Source: Micrococcales bacterium
GTDB lineage: Bacteria > Actinomycetota > Actinomycetes > S36-B12 > GCA-2699445
DNA: 64,000 bases
Direction of reading: 5' to 3'
Assembly: GCA_032127075.1 (NCBI GenBank)
Contig: JAQAZZ010000008.1
Location: 7,724 to 71,723, forward strand
How positions within the stretch are numbered: position 1 is the first letter of the stretch; each line of letters starts with the position of its first letter. A model generated the notes under the pieces. The model was not told where the DNA came from, did not search any database, and saw only the letters and a program-made list of their open reading frames with translations. A program made the position numbers and the translations under genes. Positions 35,506 through 44,841 of the stretch are shown here, piece by piece.

Positions 35506-36288
35506 GTGAGCACGGTGATCCGGCTGGACTCCGCCACCGTTGTGCGCGGTGGTCGCCCCATCCTCGACAATGTGACCCTCGAGGTGGGAAGCGGGGAGCG
35601 CTGGGCGGTCCTGGGCCCCAACGGGGCGGGCAAGACCACGATGCTGGACCTGATGTCCACGAGGATCCATCCGACATCGGGGACCGTGGCGGTCCTGGGG
35701 GAGGCCCTGGGCCTGGTGGATGTCTTCGAGTTGCGCCCCCTCATCGGGGTCGTCTCCAGCCGATCCTCCGACCACGTGCCCGCGTCCGAACCGGTGCGGG
35801 ACGTCATCATCACCGCGGGGTGGGCCGTCTCGGGCCGCTACTGGGAAACGTACGACGACATCGACCTGAAGCGGTGCGACGAACTGCTCCACCTGATGGG
35901 GCTCGAAGACTTGGCCGACCGCAGGCTGGGCACGCTGTCCGACGGCGAGCGGAAGAAGGTCCTGCTCGCCAGGGCGCTGTTCCCCAACCCGGAACTGCTG
36001 CTGATGGACGAACCGGCCGCCGGGCTCGACATGGGAGCGCGGGAGAGCCTCCTGGGGCGGCTGTCGGCCATCGCACAGGACCCCACGGCGCCGGTGCAGG
36101 TCATGATCACCCACCACGTCGAGGAGATCCCCGCCGGGTTCTCCCATGCGTTGCTGCTTCGCGACGGCCACATGCTGGCAAGCGGCCCCATCGACACCGT
36201 CATCACCGATGAGAACCTGACGGCCGCCTTCGGCACCCCGTTGCTGGTGAGCAAGGTGTTCTCGCGGTTCTGGGCGTTCGGCACCTGA
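35506..36288 (+). CDS. ABC transporter ATP-binding protein with no adjacent permease
   Basis: Start trimmed from track ORF 35392..36288 to GTG 35506. Walker [10 protein letters not shown], signature LSDGERKKV, Walker B LLLMDEPAAGLD. Confidence 0.85.
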   Translation: MSTVIRLDSATVVRGGRPILDNVTLEVGSGERWAVLGPNGAGKTTMLDLMSTRIHPTSGTVAVLGEALGLVDVFELRPLIGVVSSRSSDHVPASEPVRDVIITAGWAVSGRYWETYDDIDLKRCDELLHLMGLEDLADRRLGTLSDGERKKVLLARALFPNPELLLMDEPAAGLDMGARESLLGRLSAIAQDPTAPVQVMITHHVEEIPAGFSHALLLRDGHMLASGPIDTVITDENLTAAFGTPLLVSKVFSRFWAFGT

Positions 36289-36332
36289 ACTCCCCACGGG
36301 TGGATTGGGGGGAAAGGGCATAGCCTAGAGAC

Positions 36333-36758
36333 ATGGATCCTTGGGTGTGGTGGGTGATCGCGGCGATCGTTCTCGGAATCGTCGAGGTCGCCACCGGAGT
36401 CACCTTCGTCGCCATGATGTTGGCGGTGGGCGCCTTGGCCGGCGCCGGTACGGCCGCCGTCACAGGATCGGACTGGCTTCCCTGGGTGGTGTTCGCCGTC
36501 ACCAGCACCACCATGCTCGTCTTCGCCCGCCCGGTCGCCCACCGGCACCTTCGCCAGCCCATCGAGATGAGATCCGGCACCGCCGCACTGGTCGGCGCGG
36601 ATGCGGTGGTCACCCAAGAGGTGAACGCCGCCGATGGTCGGGTGAAACTGCGCGGTGAGGTGTGGTCGGCCCGAAGCTTCGACCAGCAGAGTGTCTTCCC
36701 GGTCGGGGACAATGTCCAGGTGCTGGCTATCGATGGCGCAACCGCCCTGATCGGCTGA
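36333..36758 (+). CDS. NfeD family membrane protein
   Basis: Three N-terminal TM segments and a C-terminal OB-like GRVKLRGEVWSARS. It lies directly upstream of the SPFH gene, the classic NfeD-stomatin operon. Confidence 0.8.
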   Translation: MDPWVWWVIAAIVLGIVEVATGVTFVAMMLAVGALAGAGTAAVTGSDWLPWVVFAVTSTTMLVFARPVAHRHLRQPIEMRSGTAALVGADAVVTQEVNAADGRVKLRGEVWSARSFDQQSVFPVGDNVQVLAIDGATALIG

Positions 36759-36791
36759 ACGGAACCTCCCTAGCGGGAGCAGAAAGAGAGG

Positions 36792-37697
36792 TTGGGGCAG
36801 ATGGAGTTCCCAGTAGGACTGATATTCGGCGTCCTCGTGGCGGTCCTGGTGGTGATCGTGCTGTCGCGCACCGTCCGCATCGTCACGCAGGCCCATGCGG
36901 GAATCGTGGAGCGGTTGGGCCGCTACCAGCGCACTCTGAATCCGGGCTTGAGCCTGCTGATCCCGTTCGTGGACAGCTTGAAGCCGTTGATCGACATGAG
37001 GGAGCAGGTCGTCAGCTTCCCGCCGCAGCCGGTCATCACCGAGGACAACCTGGTGGTGCAGATCGACTCAGTGATCTACTTCCAGGTGACCGACCCGAAG
37101 GCCGCCTCCTATGAGATCAACAACTACATCCACGGCGTCGAGCAGTTGACCGTCACCACCCTGCGCAACGTCGTCGGCGGCATGGACCCCGAGCAGACGC
37201 TGACCTCGCGCGAGGACATCAACATGGCGTTGCGCGGTGTGCTGGACGAGGCCACCGGCAAGTGGGGCATCCGGGTCAACCGGGTGGAGCTGAAGGCCAT
37301 CGACCCGCCCCCCTCGGTGCAGGAGTCGATGGAGAAGCAGATGAAGGCTGAGCGGGACAAGCGCGCGGCGATCCTCAGCGCCGAGGGCGCCAAGCAGGCG
37401 GCGATCCTGAAAGCCCAAGGCCACCGGGAGGCGGAAGTCCTCAGCGCGGAGGGGGACGCCCGGGCCCGGGTGCTGCGCGCGGAGGCCGAGGCCGAGGCCA
37501 TCAACCGAGTGTTCTCCGCGATCCACCGCTCCGACGCCGACGACCAGGTGCTGGCCTACCAGTACCTTCAGGCGCTTCCCCACATCGCCAACGGCACAGC
37601 GAACAAGGTGTGGGTGGTCCCCGCCGAGCTCACCAAGGCGATGGACTCCCTGGGTCGCGCCTTCGGCCCCGCGGGTGAGCGGGCGAAGCCGGAATAG
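36792..37697 (+). CDS. SPFH/band-7 (stomatin/prohibitin-like) protein
   Basis: N-terminal TM, then IVERLGRYQRTLNPGL and ITEDNLVVQIDSVIYFQV, then a coiled-coil AERDKRAAILSAEG. The start could instead be ATG 36801. Confidence 0.9.
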   Translation: MGQMEFPVGLIFGVLVAVLVVIVLSRTVRIVTQAHAGIVERLGRYQRTLNPGLSLLIPFVDSLKPLIDMREQVVSFPPQPVITEDNLVVQIDSVIYFQVTDPKAASYEINNYIHGVEQLTVTTLRNVVGGMDPEQTLTSREDINMALRGVLDEATGKWGIRVNRVELKAIDPPPSVQESMEKQMKAERDKRAAILSAEGAKQAAILKAQGHREAEVLSAEGDARARVLRAEAEAEAINRVFSAIHRSDADDQVLAYQYLQALPHIANGTANKVWVVPAELTKAMDSLGRAFGPAGERAKPE

Positions 37698-38541
37698 GCT
37701 TCGCACCGCTGTCGCCCCCTGGGGGGAGCACGATCTGCCGACCATCACTATCGACGATCCCGCCGACGGGCGGCTAGACGAGTACACCAGGCTCACCGAC
37801 GTCAGACTCCGCTCGGTCCGGGAACCGGCCGAGGGGCTGTTCATGGCCGAATCGGTGGCCGTGATCGAGCGGGCGGTGGCTGCCGGCTACCCCGTCCGTT
37901 CCATCCTCACCGAACCCAAATGGCTCCCGCCGCTGGCGGGGGTCCTGGCACGGCGGCCCGACACCCTGGTCTACCTGGGCACCGAGGACGTCATCCGTGC
38001 CACGACCGGGTTCCGGCTGCACCGAGGACCCATGGCGGCGATGCAGCGCCTGCCCCTCCCGCCTCCGGCTCAGGTAGTGGCCGGAGCCCGCCTGATCGTG
38101 GTCCTCGACGGGTTGGTGGACCACACCAACGTCGGGGCGGCGTTCCGTTCGGCGGCGGCCTTCGGCGTCGGCTCGGTTCTGGCCACCGCCACATGTGCCG
38201 ACCCGCTGTACCGCCGCAGCGTGCGGGTGTCGATGGGAACGGTCTTCCAGGTCCCGTGGACCCGGATCGGCGACCCCGCGGACCTCTTCGGTGTCACAAC
38301 CCTCGCCCTCACGCCCGATCCGGATGCGGCCGCCCTGGACGAGGCCCTGGACGCCGCCGAGCCCCCGCTGGCGTTGATCGTCGGATCCGAGGGCCCGGGA
38401 CTCGCCGCCCCGGTGCTGGGTGCAGCCGACCACCGGGTACGCATCCCGATGGCGCCGGGGGTGGATTCACTGAACGTGGCAGCCGCTGTCGCGGTGGCCT
38501 GTTATGCCGCCGGATCGGCTGTTGGGCGTGTCAGCCGCTGA
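37675..38541 (+). CDS. TrmH/SpoU family RNA 2'-O-methyltransferase
   Basis: Motifs DGLVDHTNVGAAFRSAAAFG, IVGSEGPGL and IPMAPGVDSLNVAAAVAV. The GTG start overlaps the SPFH 3' end by 23 nt, so the start is uncertain. Confidence 0.8.
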   Translation: MSGRSRNRLRTAVAPWGEHDLPTITIDDPADGRLDEYTRLTDVRLRSVREPAEGLFMAESVAVIERAVAAGYPVRSILTEPKWLPPLAGVLARRPDTLVYLGTEDVIRATTGFRLHRGPMAAMQRLPLPPPAQVVAGARLIVVLDGLVDHTNVGAAFRSAAAFGVGSVLATATCADPLYRRSVRVSMGTVFQVPWTRIGDPADLFGVTTLALTPDPDAAALDEALDAAEPPLALIVGSEGPGLAAPVLGAADHRVRIPMAPGVDSLNVAAAVAVACYAAGSAVGRVSR

Positions 38542-39931
38542 TGGGATCGGCGGCCGCGGGCTCCGGCTCCTGGCCCCCGAACGTCTCCCCATGCCTCTTG
38601 CGGCGCCACAGGATGTACACGTACAAGGGGACCCCGATCATGATCAGCATGAAGAGCCAGTAGATGTCCTGCGCGCCACCGCCGTAGAACGCGAAGATGG
38701 TGAACAGGGTTGCGATAACGGCGACGGCCAGCTTCCGGGCGAAATGGCCCACGGGAACCTTCCCCCGGTCGAGGAGCAGCCACTTCAGCTCAGCGGCGGC
38801 CGAGAAGGCATAGGACACCATCGTGGCGACCGCCGACACCAGCACCAGCTGCGCAACGGCGTCGCCCAGGCTGCCCCCGGTGTACTCCAGCAGGAGGAGG
38901 CTCGAGGCCAGCACGCCGGAGATCAAGAGCCCGAGCGAGGGCGCGTGCCTGATGTTCAGCCGGCCGAACGCCTTGGGCGCCAACCCGTCGAACTCGGCGG
39001 CCATCGGGATCTGGCCCGACAGCAGGATCAGCCCGTTCATCGCTCCCAGGCAGGACACGACGGCGACGGCGGCCACTGCCGTGCCGGCCCATTCGCCGAA
39101 CATATTCTCCGCGGCCAGGCTGAACGCCGCATCGGTAGTCTGCAGGTCGGCGTTCGGCACGGCGCCGAAAACCGCGGCGGTGCTGAGCAGGTAGACCGCT
39201 GCGGCCGCCAGTGTGCCGATCAGGGTGGCCCGGGGGATGGTCTTGTCGGGTTCGTGCACGTCGCCCGCCGGGACGGTCGCGGCCTCGATGCCGATGAAGG
39301 AGAAGAGCGTGTACGCCATCACAGACGTCAGCACCTCCAACGTCGGCAGTTCCGAGGCGCTGAACTCGCCGAGGTTGGCCGCATCGAAGGCGATGAAGCC
39401 CAAGGTGCCGATGAGGGCCAGCGGCACAACCTTCAGGATCGTCAGAATCAGCGAGGTCATGCCGCCGGCGACGACGCCACGGGTGTTGATGACCGTCAGC
39501 AGTGCGATCGCCCCCACCGCCACGGCCGCGGAGATCAGCCGATTCTCAACCACTGCGGGGATCAGCACGCCCATGTAGACCACCAGCGACGATGCGATGG
39601 CGCCGATTCCCACCCATGCCCCGATCCAGTAGGTCCACGCCGACTGGAAGCCCACAAAATCGCCGAAACCGTGCCGCGCGAAAGCATAGGGTCCGCCCAC
39701 ATCCGGCGTGCGCCGGGCCAGCGAAGCGAACACCAGCGCCAGCATGACGCTGCCCAGGGCGGTGATGCCGAATCCGACCAGGCTGATGGGGCCGAACTGG
39801 GCCAGGAACGTGGGCTGGGTGAAGATGCCAGCCCCCACTATGGTGCCGGTCACCAGGGCTGTGGCCGGCCATAGGGTGAGGCCCTTGGCCTGGTAGTCGG
39901 TCTCGCCGGTTTCCTGCGCGGTGGTCGACAT
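38531..39931 (-). CDS. APC superfamily amino acid/polyamine permease
   Basis: Start trimmed from track ORF 38531..39991 to ATG 39931 (MSTTAQETGE). About 12 TM segments. Contains TGTIVGAGIFTQP and GGPYAFARHGFG. Confidence 0.9.
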   Translation of the reverse strand: MSTTAQETGETDYQAKGLTLWPATALVTGTIVGAGIFTQPTFLAQFGPISLVGFGITALGSVMLALVFASLARRTPDVGGPYAFARHGFGDFVGFQSAWTYWIGAWVGIGAIASSLVVYMGVLIPAVVENRLISAAVAVGAIALLTVINTRGVVAGGMTSLILTILKVVPLALIGTLGFIAFDAANLGEFSASELPTLEVLTSVMAYTLFSFIGIEAATVPAGDVHEPDKTIPRATLIGTLAAAAVYLLSTAAVFGAVPNADLQTTDAAFSLAAENMFGEWAGTAVAAVAVVSCLGAMNGLILLSGQIPMAAEFDGLAPKAFGRLNIRHAPSLGLLISGVLASSLLLLEYTGGSLGDAVAQLVLVSAVATMVSYAFSAAAELKWLLLDRGKVPVGHFARKLAVAVIATLFTIFAFYGGGAQDIYWLFMLIMIGVPLYVYILWRRKRHGETFGGQEPEPAAADPISG

Positions 39932-40062
39932 CTTCGCCGCCTCTCGTGGACCATTCACTCGCTCGGGCGGGTGCCCGGGCCGGTTGCCCACTAACGTAGT
40001 GATCGCGTCCGCGAATCTCCCAGAAACGCCGGATGCCGTTGAAAGCCCCGAAGAGGAGTGCG

Positions 40063-40602
40063 ATGTCCGCCGATCTCACCCAGCCCCAGGGCGGCTGGCT
40101 GACGCCGGAGGCGATCAAAGAGGCGCGCGACCAGGTGCCGCTGGTCTACCTCGACGCGATCCCCGTCCGAGTTGACGAGTCCGGTCTGATCCGCCGAGTC
40201 GGGCTGCTGCTTCGCGCGACACCCGACGGCGTGCTGACCCGGATGTTCGTGTCCGGCAGGGTTCACCGGGGGGAACGGATCCGGGACGCTTTGATGCGCC
40301 ACCTGGAGAAGGACCTGGGTCCGATGGCGCTGCCTCGCATCCCCGTGGCGCCACAGCCGTTCACCGTGGCGGAGTACTTCCCCGACCCCGGTGTCACGGG
40401 ATTCCACGACCCCCGCCAGCATGCGGTCTCCTTGGCCTTCATCGTTCCCGTCTTCGGTGACTGCGAGCCGTCCCAGCAGGCGCTGGATCTGGCCTGGCTG
40501 ACCCCGGCGGAAGCTGTCAGCCCCGACGTGCTGGTGGAGTTGGTCGGCGGGCGCGACCGCCTGTTGCGCATGGCGCTGGCCCACGCGGGGGTGCTGCCCT
40601 GA
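40063..40602 (+). CDS. Nudix-fold-like protein with a degenerate Nudix box (DUF4916-like, from memory)
   Basis: ATG 40063 follows GAGGAG; the track start 40033 is also possible. GRVHRGERIRDALMRHLEKDLG aligns to Gx5Ex7REUxEExGU but lacks the REUxEE glutamates. Its stop overlaps the pta ATG. Confidence 0.65.
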   Translation: MSADLTQPQGGWLTPEAIKEARDQVPLVYLDAIPVRVDESGLIRRVGLLLRATPDGVLTRMFVSGRVHRGERIRDALMRHLEKDLGPMALPRIPVAPQPFTVAEYFPDPGVTGFHDPRQHAVSLAFIVPVFGDCEPSQQALDLAWLTPAEAVSPDVLVELVGGRDRLLRMALAHAGVLP

Positions 40603-42692
40603 TGACCGCCGCGGTGTACATCGCCTCGCTGGAGCCTGAAAGCGGCAAGTCGCTGGTCAGCCTGGGTGCGATGGACGCCGCCGCCGGGCGCACCGCTCGG
40701 GTGGGCTTCTTCCGTCCGGTGATCGCCTACGGCGACAAGCAGGATCCCGTGATCGAGATGATGCGGTCCCGCTACCGGCTCGCACAGTCCTACGAGTCCT
40801 CCTACGGGGTGACAACCGCCGAGACCAGGGGGGTGGGGGAGAGCGTCGACCCGGCGCTGGTCCATCGCATCCTCGCCAAATACGAGGGCCTCGCACGGGA
40901 CTGCGACCTCGTCATCATCGAGGGGACCGACTACTCGGGGGCCTCGGCTGCTTTCGAGTTCGCCCTCAACGCCGACATCGCAGCTCACATGGGTGCTGCC
41001 ACCGTGCTGGTCGTCCGGGCCCACCAGCACCGCAAGGATCAGTTGGTGGGTGCCCTGACGGCGGCTCGGACAAGCCTGGAGGAGCGGCACGAGGCCATCT
41101 TCGGGTTCGTGATCAACAGGGTGCCCCCGGAAGACATGCGGGAAGTCGCCGGGCTGGTCGAACAGGCCGATGGGACGCCGGTGTGGCTGCTGCCGGAAGA
41201 GCCGGCACTCGGTCGGCCCAATCTCGGCGAGATCGCGGCGGCGGTTTCGGCGCGCACGATCGCCGGGGGCCCGGACGGGCTGCGCCGGGAGATCGAGCAC
41301 GTCATGGTCGCGGCGATGACGCTGCCCCACCTGATGGAGCGGCTGCAACCCAATTCGCTGGTCATCGCCCCGGGCGACCGGTCAGACGTGCTGCTGCTGG
41401 CACAGGCATCGCGGTTGGGCTCCGGCCTGCCGGCCATCGCCGGGCTGTTGCTGACCGGCGGCTACGCGCCCGACGACGTTCTGATGAAGTTCACCCGGGC
41501 GATGGGCGACGTGTCCGTGCCCACCCTGTTGACGGACCGTGACACCTATGCGACCGCTGATGCCGTTTCGCACGCGCAGGGAACCCTGGAAGGTGGCGAC
41601 GAGCGGCGCATCGCTTTGGCGCTGCGGATCTTCGAGGACCACGTCGACATCGATCGGCTGACCCAGCGGTTGCGCGGCACCAGGAGCGTCCAGGTCACGC
41701 CGGTCATGTTCGAGCGGCGCCTGGTCGCCCGGGCCAGGGCCGACCGGCAGCACGTTGTCCTGCCCGAGGGAACCGACGACCGCATCCTGGTGGCAGCCGA
41801 CCGCATCATGCGGCGGGATGCCGCGGCGCTGACCGTGCTGGGGGATGTCGACGACATCGCGACACGCGCGGAACGACTCGGGGTGGACCTGTCCGGCGTC
41901 CGCGTGGTCGATCCGGAGTCCAGCCCCGAGCGCCACCGCTACGCCGAGGAGATCCTGCGGCTGCGCGCTGCCAAGGGCATCGCGGCGGAGACGGCGTGGG
42001 AGTTGTCGGGGGATCCGTCCTGGTTCGGGACCTTGATGGTGCAGTGCGGCGACGCCGACGGAATGGTCAGTGGAGCGGCCCACACCACCGCCGACACCGT
42101 GCGGCCGGCGCTGCAGATCATCCGCACTTCACCGGGCATCTCGGTGGTGTCCAGCGTCTTCCTCATGGCGATGCCCGACCGCGTCCACGTCTACGGCGAC
42201 TGTGCCGTGCTGCCCGACCCCAACGCGGAGCAACTCGCCGACATCGCGATCTCCTCGGCGGGCACAGCCGCCGCCTTCGGGGTCGAACCGCTCGTAGCCA
42301 TGCTGTCGTACTCCACGGGAGTTTCCGGGGCGGGTGCGGACGTGGAGAAGGTTGCCCGGGCCACGGAACTGGTCCGGAAACGTGCCCCCGAGCTGCCGGT
42401 TGAGGGGCCGATCCAGTTCGACGCCGCGGTGGATCCGAGGATCGCCGCCTCGAAACTGCCCGAATCGACCGTCGCCGGGCGGGCGACCGTGTTCGTCTTC
42501 CCGGATCTCAACACGGGCAACAACACCTATAAGGCGGTGCAGCGCACATCCGGGGCGCTTGCGATCGGCCCGATCCTGCAGGGCCTGCGGCTGCCGGTCA
42601 ACGACCTCAGCCGCGGTGCCACTGTCGACGACATCGTCAACACCGTGGTCATCACCGCCATCCAGGCGCAGGGCATCGGGGAGAGGAACTGA
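40602..42692 (+). CDS. pta: Phosphate acetyltransferase (long form with N-terminal DRTGG/CobQ-like domain)
   Basis: 696 aa. The C-terminal PTA domain carries VLPEGTDDRIL, MVSGAAHTTADT and DLSRGATVDDIVN. Confidence 0.95.
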   Translation: MTAAVYIASLEPESGKSLVSLGAMDAAAGRTARVGFFRPVIAYGDKQDPVIEMMRSRYRLAQSYESSYGVTTAETRGVGESVDPALVHRILAKYEGLARDCDLVIIEGTDYSGASAAFEFALNADIAAHMGAATVLVVRAHQHRKDQLVGALTAARTSLEERHEAIFGFVINRVPPEDMREVAGLVEQADGTPVWLLPEEPALGRPNLGEIAAAVSARTIAGGPDGLRREIEHVMVAAMTLPHLMERLQPNSLVIAPGDRSDVLLLAQASRLGSGLPAIAGLLLTGGYAPDDVLMKFTRAMGDVSVPTLLTDRDTYATADAVSHAQGTLEGGDERRIALALRIFEDHVDIDRLTQRLRGTRSVQVTPVMFERRLVARARADRQHVVLPEGTDDRILVAADRIMRRDAAALTVLGDVDDIATRAERLGVDLSGVRVVDPESSPERHRYAEEILRLRAAKGIAAETAWELSGDPSWFGTLMVQCGDADGMVSGAAHTTADTVRPALQIIRTSPGISVVSSVFLMAMPDRVHVYGDCAVLPDPNAEQLADIAISSAGTAAAFGVEPLVAMLSYSTGVSGAGADVEKVARATELVRKRAPELPVEGPIQFDAAVDPRIAASKLPESTVAGRATVFVFPDLNTGNNTYKAVQRTSGALAIGPILQGLRLPVNDLSRGATVDDIVNTVVITAIQAQGIGERN

Positions 42693-42695
42693 TCC

Positions 42696-43871
42696 ATGCC
42701 GCAGGTCCTGGTCGTCAACGCCGGCTCGTCCTCGCTGAAGTTCGCCGTCCTCGACCCGGCAACCGGCCAACGGGCCGCCGAAGGCATCGTGGAACGGATC
42801 GGGGAGCCTGATGCGACGATTCGCTTCGCTGCCGGCGACGGACCGGTGCAGCGCAGCACAGCGGAGATCTCGGACCACATCGTTGCCTTTGCGGCTGCCC
42901 GGCAGCTGCTTGCCGACAGCGTTGCGGAGCTGCCGGAAGTGGTGGGCCACCGAGTGGTGCACGGCGGTGACCGGCTCACGCGCCCCACGGTCATCGATGA
43001 TCAGGTCGTCGAGCAGATCGTGGACTGCATCCCGCTGGCTCCCTTGCACAATCCCGCCGCGTTGAGCGGAATCGCGGCCGCTCTGCAGCAGTTTCCCGAC
43101 GCCGTCCACGTGGCCGTGTTCGACACCGCCTTCCACGCCACCATTCCGGCATCGGCGCGTGAATACGCCATCGACCGAACCGTCGCCGAGGCGCACCATA
43201 TCCGCCGCTACGGCTTCCACGGCACATCGCACGACTACGTAGCGCGCCGAGCCGCCGAGTTCCTCAACCGCGACCCCGCGGAGGCCAACCTCATCACTCT
43301 CCACCTGGGCAACGGGGCCAGCGCCTGCGCGGTGCGCGGCGGGCGCAGCGTGGAAACATCCATGGGAGTGACGCCGTTGGAGGGGCTGGTCATGGGGACC
43401 CGCAGCGGCGACATCGACCCGTCGGTGCCCGTCATGCTGGTGCGTGCGGGCTGGGACGCTGACGCCGTGGACGATCTGCTCAACCGCAACGGTGGCCTCA
43501 AGGGGCTGTGCGGCGCCAACGACATGCGCGAGATCCGATCAAGGGCGGACTCGGGAGACGCCGCGGCCCGGTTGGCGCGCGATGTGATGGTCCACCGGCT
43601 GCGCAAGTACCTGGGGGCCTACGCGTTCGTGCTGGGCCGGGTCGATGCGGTGGTGTTCACCGCCGGGATAGGGGAGCACAACGATTGGGTGCGCGCCAAT
43701 GTCTGTCGCGATCTCGCGGGTTTCGGGATAGAGATCGATGAATCCGCCAATACGGCCCCCGGGGATGAGCCGAGGGTCATCTCGGCGCCCGGGGCGCCGG
43801 TGGCGGTGCTGGTGATTCCCACCGACGAGGAGTCGGCCATCGCCGCGGCGGCTCAGGATCTGGTCGGCTGA
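42696..43871 (+). CDS. ackA: Acetate kinase
   Basis: Motifs VLVVNAGSSSLKF, HRVVHGG, RRYGFHGTSH and FTAGIGEH. Confidence 0.95.
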   Translation: MPQVLVVNAGSSSLKFAVLDPATGQRAAEGIVERIGEPDATIRFAAGDGPVQRSTAEISDHIVAFAAARQLLADSVAELPEVVGHRVVHGGDRLTRPTVIDDQVVEQIVDCIPLAPLHNPAALSGIAAALQQFPDAVHVAVFDTAFHATIPASAREYAIDRTVAEAHHIRRYGFHGTSHDYVARRAAEFLNRDPAEANLITLHLGNGASACAVRGGRSVETSMGVTPLEGLVMGTRSGDIDPSVPVMLVRAGWDADAVDDLLNRNGGLKGLCGANDMREIRSRADSGDAAARLARDVMVHRLRKYLGAYAFVLGRVDAVVFTAGIGEHNDWVRANVCRDLAGFGIEIDESANTAPGDEPRVISAPGAPVAVLVIPTDEESAIAAAAQDLVG

Positions 43872-43919
43872 GAGTTGCCGCCAGCAACGTGACGGCCCCC
43901 CCGACTACTCTGGTGGTAC

Positions 43920-43939
43920 GGCGGGAGAGGACTCCCGCC
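43920..43939 (+). terminator. Candidate stem-loop after ackA
   Basis: GGCGGGA-GAGGAC-TCCCGCC gives a 7-bp GC stem. It lies 49 nt after the ackA stop and has no U-tract. Confidence 0.35.
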
Positions 43940-43956
43940 CCACGGGGGAGTGGAAG

Positions 43957-44613
43957 ATGGCTGGTGACGGCGAACGACGAGGGACCGCGATCACGGTGGC
44001 GGTCATAGAAGACCATATTCTGGTGCGTGACGGTTTCGTCTCAGCGTTGACGGAGTCCGGATTCATTGTGGCCCATGCGGGCGCGTCCCCTGCCGAGTTG
44101 TTGCGGCGCGACATCGAAGTCGATGTTGTGCTGCTCGATTTGGACCTCGGGGCGGAGGGCGCGGCGACGCCGGAGGACGTCAGCGCCATGAACAAGCGCG
44201 GGTGGCGCGTGCTGCTGGTCTCGGCCATGGCGCAGCAGAGCCAGGTCCGGGCGTTCCTGCGCGCCGATGTGGCGGGCTATGTCCCCAAGTGGGAGTCGCG
44301 AGACACCCTCACCAAGGCGATCCGGGATACGGCGGACGGGGCGGACATGACCTCGCGCGAGCTTGCGGGGATCATCTTCGCCGACGACGATCCCCAGCGG
44401 CCGCCGCTGTCCGAGCAGGAGCAGGTGGCGCTGCGGCTGTATGCGTCTGGCCTGAAGATGTCGTCGGTCGCCCGGCACATGAACGTTTCCCCGCACACTG
44501 CCAAGGAGTACATCAAAAGGGTGCGGGAGAAGTACGCCGCGGCCGGCCGCGCGGCTCCCACCAAGACCGATCTGTACCGCGAAGCAGTGCGCGATCACCT
44601 CTTGGACGAGTAG
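43957..44613 (+). CDS. NarL/LuxR-family response regulator, orphan (no kinase gene in the vicinity)
   Basis: Receiver residues are present: IED acidic pair, LLDLDLG phospho-acceptor Asp, VSAM, YVPK. The C-terminal LuxR HTH is LSEQEQVALRLYASGLKMSSVARHMNVSPHTAKEYIKRV. Confidence 0.85.
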   Translation: MAGDGERRGTAITVAVIEDHILVRDGFVSALTESGFIVAHAGASPAELLRRDIEVDVVLLDLDLGAEGAATPEDVSAMNKRGWRVLLVSAMAQQSQVRAFLRADVAGYVPKWESRDTLTKAIRDTADGADMTSRELAGIIFADDDPQRPPLSEQEQVALRLYASGLKMSSVARHMNVSPHTAKEYIKRVREKYAAAGRAAPTKTDLYREAVRDHLLDE

Positions 44614-44841
44614 CTGCGTCCGCAAATGTCAGGTGAAGAGGGGACACGGACCTGCTGATTCCGCAGCTTGTCAGCGCGCACAATCAAAGTGGATGCAGAG
44701 CTACGGGGGTGCGCTGGATCCGTGAAGCGGGTGTCGGGTTGTTCCCGGCGCCCGCTTCGCCGATTGCCGCGACTATCCTGTAAGCCCGCGTCACCCCGCA
44801 TCCTGGGGGATGCCGGTGTCCACAGTCAGGAAGTCACGCCG

